A stretch of DNA of 64,000 bases from Phoronis australis. Its lineage: Eukaryota; Animalia; Phoronida. Numbering within the stretch: the stretch's first letter is position 1; each line of letters opens with the position of its first letter. The translations under genes were made by a program, and so were the position numbers. Below, one piece after another: positions 59,034 to 64,000 of the stretch. The stretch lies in assembly GCA_002633005.1 (NCBI GenBank), contig NMRA01000769.1:84476-148475 (forward strand), read 5' to 3'. Below the pieces are notes generated by a model, which saw nothing but the letters and a program-made list of their open reading frames with translations, was not told the DNA's origin and did no database searches.

Positions 59034-60135
59034 CATAGGCGGATTTAGCCCCCCCCCTTGGCTGCCGCAAAAAAAGTAAAACAGCAAGAGCGTAGGGAAA
59101 TGTTGAGTTTCTTAATTAACCCCGGTAATTAAAATTATACGGATGAAACAAGATTTAAACGTGTGCCGTTTTAGTGCTGAATGGGGGGGAGGGTGGGCTC
59201 AGATCCAATTTCAGGTGTCAAATTTGGAACACGGCGCAATCGTAACGGAACTATGGCTAAATATAGGCGCACTCGCGATATCCCGTTTCCGTCGTCTGCT
59301 CTATTGTGCAATGAAAAAAATTACTTCATTTTTAAAGAAAATGGAACCTGAGTGGCGGTGAAAAAACAGAAGCTGCTGGTAAGATGTGAATTTTAATCGA
59401 AGCGTTAGTGAATCACTCAGAAACTCATAATTCTCTCTTTGACAATCTGACTTAAGNTATGAACTACGGCTAAATATAGGCGCTCTCGCGATATCCCGTG
59501 GTCTGCTCTATTGTGCAATGAAAAAAATTACTTCATTTTTAAAGAAAATGGAACCTGAGTGGCGATGAAAAAACAGAAGCTGCTGGTAAGATGTGAATTT
59601 TAATCGAAGCCTTAGTGAATCACTCAGAAACTCATAATTCTCTCTTTGACAAACTGACTTAAGACGATTTCCAAAGCAATCCCGTCATTATTGCCAGCAC
59701 GAAAAACGGATTTGGTCTTTTGGCCAATTGAAGACTATTTTAAATACAACAAATTTGTTACGAACCGATTGCACAAAATATAAAATGTGTAATGAGCATT
59801 ACAAAAAGATGGAGATTTCGCGCGCAAACGCTGTGGACAATAAACAAGTAGGTCTCTTAGTATCGTCGTGGTGTAGTGGTAAAGCACGCGCGCTCTATCC
59901 GTCAGGTCGTGAGTTCGAGTCTGTGGTATTTGCAGTTTTCCCTGTTTCACACGTTTTCGCCTTTTTTGGATAATACTTCAGGAATCAAGGAAAATGCTTG
60001 ATTTTTAGAGGAAAATACAGAAAAATTTCCCGACCTCCTCCCATTTGGTGCTATGCGCATCTACAACCGTGGTCTGCGCAAATGCTTACAGACAAAATCT
60101 TGGGCCCCCCTTGTGATGGCCTAGATCCGCCGTTG
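59034..60135 (+). mobile_element. tRNA-cassette non-autonomous transposon copy
   Basis: Termini CATAGGCGGATTTAG / CTAGATCCGCCGTTG; TSD GTTAT at 59029-59033 and 60136-60140. Confidence 0.88.
59864..59932 (+). pseudogene. tRNA-derived (SINE-head-like) segment inside the transposon
   Basis: A-box TGGTGTAGTGG and B-box GAGTTCGAGTC at tRNA-like spacing; no convincing acceptor stem. Confidence 0.6.
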
Positions 60136-61072
60136 GTTATGACACACATTGTCACTCCCTAATAACATCTTTCTGTAGCAAAATTACGTGACTGCACAAA
60201 CAGTACCAAAAGGCTTTAGTACAGGCATAGACGGACACAAACTTTGACGAGGGATTCCCCCGGTAATTGAAGTGGAGGTGATAGAATCAGTGGCCCGTTA
60301 TGCGCGGATCCAGAGTCCAAATAGGGGAGGGGGGTGACCACAGTTAGAGAGAGTTTATCACGATATTCTGTATCACCCAAGGCCTCCGTCTTCAAAATGA
60401 ACGTTCATGCAAACGAGACTGGCAACAGGCGTGTTTATCACCGTCACCAACCATCTTTCGGGTCTTTATCCGGGCAACACTATGTGTGGAGTGAAACAAT
60501 ATATGTCAGAAATAGACTAAAAACGTAGTACAAGCATTTAGTGAAAACAACTGATACATGTTAAATCCTTATACCCACGAGCGGATGGCCGAAAACTAAA
60601 GTGAATCACCGTAACCTTCCGTCTGACGATGGGTTTTTCTCGCCACACAGCCTCCTGTGTATGCAAAATTTGTTGTTGGTCATTGTATTTTGAGAAAAGT
60701 TTATGCTTTGGTGAGTTTGAATATAAAAAGCGGCAATACAGGCAAATTGCACACATTGACGCATTTCATTCGCGCCAAGTAGATGTCTTTTCAACATAAA
60801 TTTCGCATTGTTCACTTAAAACCGTCAATGCAAAGTTAGTTAATAGATATGACTTGAAACTGACATGACAGACTGAAGCAAGTTTGGCGTTAAGCTTCGG
60901 GTGTCTAATCCCCTGGAATGTAACCATCCTGTCTCCAATCAGCCTTCTGAAACTATCAACCTCCTGTGAATAGCGGGCGACCTCGTCGATCCCTAGCACC
61001 TTCGATTCTGTCACTGACTAAGATAATTATTGATGAAGAATCGGTCAGTGTGCAGTTTGCTCTAGTCTGCAT

Positions 61073-62302
61073 TCAGGAATTTTGTCTTCTCCTCCGTCGT
61101 CGTTTAGGTTTGTAAATATGGTTACGCTCAATTCTGTTACAAATGCGCGACTTTCTGCGATTTGCCTGGTAGAAGTTATGGCATCCTGAACTGACAAAGT
61201 CGCTCCATATACGCCTCCTCATCGCTTCCTGGACACCATGGCCGCTGATCAGGCAATTGCAGAAATACTGAAATGGTACTGCTTTAGGTAAAACATGAAA
61301 CAGTTTAAAAAGATTACTGTTTTCAACTTTAAAGCCTAAGTTGTACATGACCAGTCCTAAATAGACGTCTTCTAATGGGAAAAATGGAATGTTGACTGAA
61401 TGGTGGAATAGCGTCATCACCATTGGCAAACTCGTGACGTAAGCTGTACCAGAACAAAATGGCGGAAACCATTCAGATGGATACTCGGTAAAGGACACGT
61501 AGTACTTGTTCTTAATGTTCCTGTATGGCTTGCTAGGCAGTTTTGTGCATTTCCCAACTATTGTCCTTGACAAGTCGTGAGTAGGTGAGTATAAAAAGCT
61601 CAGCAGTCGTGGAACATTAATGAAAACGTCCTCATCGGTTTTCAACAGGTATCTGGCGTGGACACAAAAAGAGGAAGCCCATTTTAATATCATCATGGTC
61701 TTCAGCGTAAGATTTCGATATGTGTCCAAGAAATCCTCTTGTATTATATCATGGTGTGTCTCACTTTCGTTTTTCACTAGTTCCATCAGAGTTGCATTAT
61801 CTGTGCTGCCGAGAACAAATGCGTGCGATACACGGCCGTTGTAGTAAGCCGTGCTATTCAGCCACGTGTCTCTGATCAACTTTCGCGTGTCGAAACCGGA
61901 AACACGACTGGTAATCAGTATGAGAACAGCGGGTGATGTGCCGAATGAACGACACAAGTTTGGCTCATTTATAACATAAGAATATCTATGCATGAAACAA
62001 GCGTTACATGTTTCGATACGAATTCCTTTGGCATCTGAGATGTTCTGTTTGTAATCAGATAGAGCAGGTCTAGTATTGGTACGAGTAATTCTTTGAATTT
62101 GCTCTCCGAAATTGGTTGGTTTTGGTGTTGTCTTTATGAAGTTGAATGGTTCATCTCTATTGACACCATTCGTGAAATGACGAACGCCATTTTCCTCCAA
62201 AGGTATTTCAGTCATCATAAACCTGTTGAAATAAAACAAACACACACACACAAGTAGCACTCGAAGCAAAGTTTTGATTAACGAACGAGCGTAAATTCGC
62301 AT
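61073..62302 (-). CDS. Beta-1,3-galactosyltransferase-like glycosyltransferase (GT31), 409 aa
   Basis: Type II N-terminal TM anchor; RKLIRDTW, DIIQEDFLDTYRNLTLKT, KTDEDVF (DxD), PPFCSGTAY and LEDVYLG motifs. Confidence 0.95.
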   Translation of the reverse strand: MRIYARSLIKTLLRVLLVCVCLFYFNRFMMTEIPLEENGVRHFTNGVNRDEPFNFIKTTPKPTNFGEQIQRITRTNTRPALSDYKQNISDAKGIRIETCNACFMHRYSYVINEPNLCRSFGTSPAVLILITSRVSGFDTRKLIRDTWLNSTAYYNGRVSHAFVLGSTDNATLMELVKNESETHHDIIQEDFLDTYRNLTLKTMMILKWASSFCVHARYLLKTDEDVFINVPRLLSFLYSPTHDLSRTIVGKCTKLPSKPYRNIKNKYYVSFTEYPSEWFPPFCSGTAYVTSLPMVMTLFHHSVNIPFFPLEDVYLGLVMYNLGFKVENSNLFKLFHVLPKAVPFQYFCNCLISGHGVQEAMRRRIWSDFVSSGCHNFYQANRRKSRICNRIERNHIYKPKRRRRRRQNS

Positions 62303-62957
62303 CCTTATTTCCCGTTTGTTTCCGTAATCTTCGGGCCACAGTTCGTTGTAGTTTTACCGGCTGCGGTACCACACAGTCTGCAGGCGGTAGAAGGTCAAAG
62401 TGAGCGAGGATTGGCAAAAGCAATTTCTTCTGCGAATTCAACGAGACCACCTTAAACGGCGCCTTTTCTTCACGCACTGCAGCCAGAATATGTATTTTTG
62501 CCAGCTGGATTTGCCTCCTCAGTGCTGAAATGATGATGGATTAGAGAATAGAGATTACTGAAGTCGGTGCATTTATTACCGACCACATTACATGAGACTA
62601 CAATGCTCATGCAAGAACAACGAAGAGCCTTCAAATGCGCCCACGACTGCAGCGCAAATGGTATGCTTCTAGGGGTGATTCATTGCTAATTATGAAATAA
62701 AATGACCACCAGGAGGCGCAGCGTAAGTTTGATCTGTGTGAAACAATTGGTGAACATCTACACCTAATTTCATGAAGATCAATCAAGGAACTTGGTAGGT
62801 ACATAGAGGCACATGCAAACAAATGTTTTTTGACTCCTATGTAGATACCGTGGCAGATGCTAACGTAAAAAAATAAAATTGTCATATGGGCGGCACAGCG
62901 GGTGTAGAATTAGTCTAAAAAATGTTCGTGCCAAACTGCCTCGGCGCAGCGACACCA

Positions 62958-63090
62958 GGCTTGCGTTCAGTAACACTAGGACCTATGCTAAAATCTAAAG
63001 TCAACGTTACCTGTTCTCATTTAAAATGCACGGCAATGTCTCCCGTAATCTCGGGAAGGCTTGCTTTTTAGATTTATTGAACAGGAGGCA
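62958..63090. mobile_element. ~140-bp MITE copy 3
   Basis: Homologous to 14641-14773 and 6893-7049. Confidence 0.65.
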
Positions 63091-64000
63091 GGTTATCGCT
63101 AAGCAAAGCTGCCAATTTCAAAGCAGACTAATCGAACAGTATCAAGATTTGAACTTCTAGGTAATTTATTATGGGCAACAATAATTTCACGATAATAGAT
63201 ATATGTGAATAGTGAACATACCGGTAATATTGTTTGAGAATAACCTACGTACCGTCTGCGATGCCACGATCCATAGATTTATACGACACTTGTCACTGAC
63301 ATGCGGAGTGAGTTGGCAGGCTGACAGTGCAGCACGAACTGACAAGTGGGAGATTTGTTGAATCTTGTTGTACTTGATGGGTTTAAGAAAACCGTCAACT
63401 AGCTTAATGTTAGCACCGAGCGGTATCCATGATACAGTAAAACCAAAACAAACAATGTATTTTAACAAATCAATTTTAAGTTCTGTTATAGTATTAACTG
63501 GAAATGATGATAAGCGAAGGACTGAAATACACTGTACTACTAGGATTAGAGCGAAGCATTAACTCCCCTGGCAACGTTATCCCCGTCGTTAGTTCCAATA
63601 ACGGCCTGGGCCAGTGGTCTACCGGTGTCACTCTCACTAAAAAGAACAATTGCACACTGGTGGAACGCGCACTGCGAGCGCAGACGAACAGCTATGCGCC
63701 TCGAATGAAAATCAGTTCTCGGCAAAGCTCACGTCTGCGATAAAAGGAACTGTAAAAATTTTGCCTTAAGTTTCAAAAAAGGAAAACGAAACGATAGCTT
63801 AACTTAGAAAACCTTAACAGCGTTTTTGAGATTTCATCAGTCTTGGACATTATTTTATATCATACGAAATTTGGTCACGTTATTGATCTTTTATTTTGCA
63901 ATGAACGTACTTTTCTTTTTTGCTAAACTTTCGTAAAAAGCAAAGTCACGTGAGCCAATTAGTGTCAGACTAGTACAAACTAGTCAAAAATCAAATTCTC

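Noticed and set aside
59270-59665. ~190-bp internal tandem duplication in the transposon copy
   Set aside because: The junction coincides with a single N at 59457; probably an unmerged contig or haplotype overlap.
59864-59932. Functional tRNA gene
   Set aside because: No convincing acceptor stem, and the anticodon region varies among copies; treated as a tRNA-derived repeat.

Overview
Eukaryotic (invertebrate animal) genomic DNA, AT-rich and repeat-dense, with two assembly N positions (27643-27665 and 59457). Four host genes are supportable. (1) An intronless-CDS, signal-peptide-bearing multi-pass membrane protein of unknown family (12319-14484, +). (2) An 11-coding-exon NCKIPSD/SPIN90 orthologue on the minus strand (51380 to 35511, 640 aa after splicing; four exons are missing from the ORF track). 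(3) A single-exon class A GPCR nested antisense in an NCKIPSD intron (45771-46790). (4) A single-exon GT31 beta-1,3-galactosyltransferase (61073-62302, -). Much of the rest is DNA-transposon debris. It includes a decayed Academ-type (XPG/PIN-like nuclease) element with long TIRs, holding an IS3EU-like element (6-bp TSD) that in turn holds a ~1-kb non-autonomous element with 5-bp TSDs. That last family carries a tRNA-derived Pol III cassette and has 5 copies, one inserted into another. There are also two TTAA-targeting Kolobok-like elements with THAP remnants, a mariner relic, MITEs, minisatellites beside splice donors, and several degenerate Penelope-type hammerhead ribozyme motifs. I see no clear novel multi-gene system. 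The best leads are the tRNA-carrying transposon family, the uncharacterised membrane protein, the nested GPCR and the ribozyme relics. All family assignments come from motif recognition, not database searches.
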